64,000 bases of DNA, from NCBI GenBank assembly GCA_021325195.1, contig JAJPHQ010000091.1, positions 15,223-79,222 on the forward strand. The letters are read 5' to 3'. This DNA is from Gammaproteobacteria bacterium (lineage in GTDB: Bacteria; Pseudomonadota; Gammaproteobacteria; Xanthomonadales; Rhodanobacteraceae). A program made the position numbers and the translations under genes. The number at the start of each line of letters is the position of its first letter. Position 1 is the first letter of the stretch. The notes under the pieces are model-generated. The model did no database searches and was not told where the DNA came from. It saw only the letters and a list, made by a program, of their open reading frames with translations. Shown here in pieces: positions 63,151-64,000 of the stretch.

Positions 63151-63166
63151 TGGCAGGGCGCTTGCA
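63151..63166 (+). promoter_or_regulatory. Near-consensus sigma54 (-24/-12) promoter upstream of the 96-aa peptide gene
   Basis: TGGCAGGGCGCTTGCA compared with TGGCACG-N4-TTGCW: GG (63152-53) and GC (63164-65) are separated by exactly 10 nt, with a single mismatch in the defined positions. The -12 GC lies 36 nt upstream of the ATG at 63202. Confidence 0.6.
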
Positions 63167-63201
63167 TGAGCTCTGTCAGTCCCTCAACAAGGTGAACCGC
63201 C

Positions 63202-63492
63202 ATGGCCGATTCGAAGTTGTCGCGCGAGCACTCGCTCGCCCTGTTGCACAAGCTCGCCACCGACGACGGCTTCCGCAGCCGTTACGAGCAGAAGCCTGCC
63301 GCCGCGCTGGCCGAGCTGGGCGTGCCGCTGGAAACCATCGTGAATCTCAAGGCGTCGTGCGTTGCCCCGACCAGCTTGGCTCAAAAAGAACTTTTCCGGG
63401 CTGCGCATACTGAATGGGCGACCGCAGCGACCGAAGAATGCCTGATGATGAATTGGCCGTCGGTAAAGATGGGTTTCGGTTCCGGCGATTAA
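63202..63492 (+). CDS. 96-aa peptide with nitrile-hydratase-leader-like (NHLP-like) N-terminus; candidate RiPP precursor
   Basis: MADSKLSREHSLALLHKLATDDGFRSRYEQKPAAALAELGVPLETIVNLK… matches the NHLP leader pattern (helix, D..F+..L…P.AAL.E.G..L). AAGGTG lies 7 nt before the ATG. Cys53 and Cys80 sit in the C-terminal half. Confidence 0.6.
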   Translation: MADSKLSREHSLALLHKLATDDGFRSRYEQKPAAALAELGVPLETIVNLKASCVAPTSLAQKELFRAAHTEWATAATEECLMMNWPSVKMGFGSGD

Positions 63493-64000
63493 TGCACTCC
63501 CCCGAGTGATTTCAACCTGCTCAGACGGGGCGCCAGCCAAGCTAACTCCCTTGCTCGAGGCCACGCATCCAGGAATGTCGCCAGGGAGTTTTGGGCCTCC
63601 GCTTCGTTGCCCAGAGCCCTCGACAGCTCCGACGCACGCAGGAGCGCCAGATCGGATTCGGCAACATTGAAGGGCTCCAGCATCAACTGCATGTTGGCTT
63701 CCCCATAAGCACGTCCACGATGACTGGACAGCCAATGGGCTTCGGTCAACGCGGCGGATGAATCGTGGGCGTCCGCATTGGCTTCCATCAGTGCGACGTG
63801 GGTGAGGTACAACTCGCTGCCGTTGACCAGCGGCTTCAGGATTGCCAATGCATCTTTGGGCCTGCCGGAAGCTCGTTCGATTTCAGCCCGCACCACGTCG
63901 AGCAGGTTGTCCAAGATCGGCATGTCTGCGTCGGACGCGGGGCCGGCGATGGCAAGCGCCCGCTTGGCGAGATCGACGTCACCCGCGTGCGCGGCCAGAT
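63489..64000 (-). CDS. C-terminal fragment of a helical-repeat (TPR-like) protein; 5' end beyond the window
   Basis: The frame is open from 64000 down to the stop at 63489-91 (…LAAHAGDVDLAKRALAIAGPASDADMPILDNLL…SRLKSLGGVH*). Its stop codon overlaps the stop of the 96-aa peptide gene. Confidence 0.55.
   Translation of the reverse strand, partial: LAAHAGDVDLAKRALAIAGPASDADMPILDNLLDVVRAEIERASGRPKDALAILKPLVNGSELYLTHVALMEANADAHDSSAALTEAHWLSSHRGRAYGEANMQLMLEPFNVAESDLALLRASELSRALGNEAEAQNSLATFLDAWPRARELAWLAPRLSRLKSLGGVH

Overview
This is a GC-rich (about two-thirds G+C by eye, not computed) chromosomal segment. Gene order (argS-SPOR, radC/coaBC-dut-phosphomannomutase, glnB/ubiK/comM, glnA...ntrBC) and the intergenic repeat families suggest a Xanthomonadales/Rhodanobacter-like gammaproteobacterium; that assignment is inference only. 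I support about 64 protein-coding genes.

Main gene content:
- A hydroxyproline/opine-type catabolic operon sits at 40-6749, followed by a 1151-aa Asp-box (BNR/sortilin-like) secreted protein.
- There are two type II toxin-antitoxin pairs, Xre-RES and VapBC.
- Other recognised genes include phhA, a yqjD/E/K-like trio, uppP and glnA.
- A block of a PAT-type acetyltransferase, alkB and an amiD-like gene lies between glnA and ntrBC.
- A long minus-strand gene string runs speE to sixA, yceI and a PLD-family gene.
- Also present are speA, argS, radC, coaBC-dut-PMM/PGM, gpmA, glnB, ubiK and comM.

I saw no rRNA, tRNA, CRISPR array, transposase, integrase or prophage genes. Many intergenic regions are filled with REP/MITE-like hairpin repeats.

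The most interesting signal is at the 3' edge (61647-64000). It contains a SagB-type dehydrogenase with no YcaO partner in view and an 86-aa coiled-coil ORF. Divergent from these is a 96-aa peptide with a nitrile-hydratase-leader-like N-terminus and a near-consensus sigma54 promoter. A helical-repeat protein overlaps the peptide gene tail-to-tail and runs off the window. Together these look like an uncharacterised peptide-maturation (RiPP-like) system.

Other items worth a second look:
- an in-frame TGA inside an otherwise intact amiD-like amidase gene
- a RES-Xre pair split by a 254-bp repeat-filled spacer
- a frameshifted SRPBCC gene
- tandem paralogous Cys-pair secreted proteins
- a beta-helix-repeat lipoprotein
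- a PMM/PGM with a membrane-anchored N-terminal extension of about 340 aa

All product calls come from motif and family recognition by eye on the supplied translations. No searches were run.
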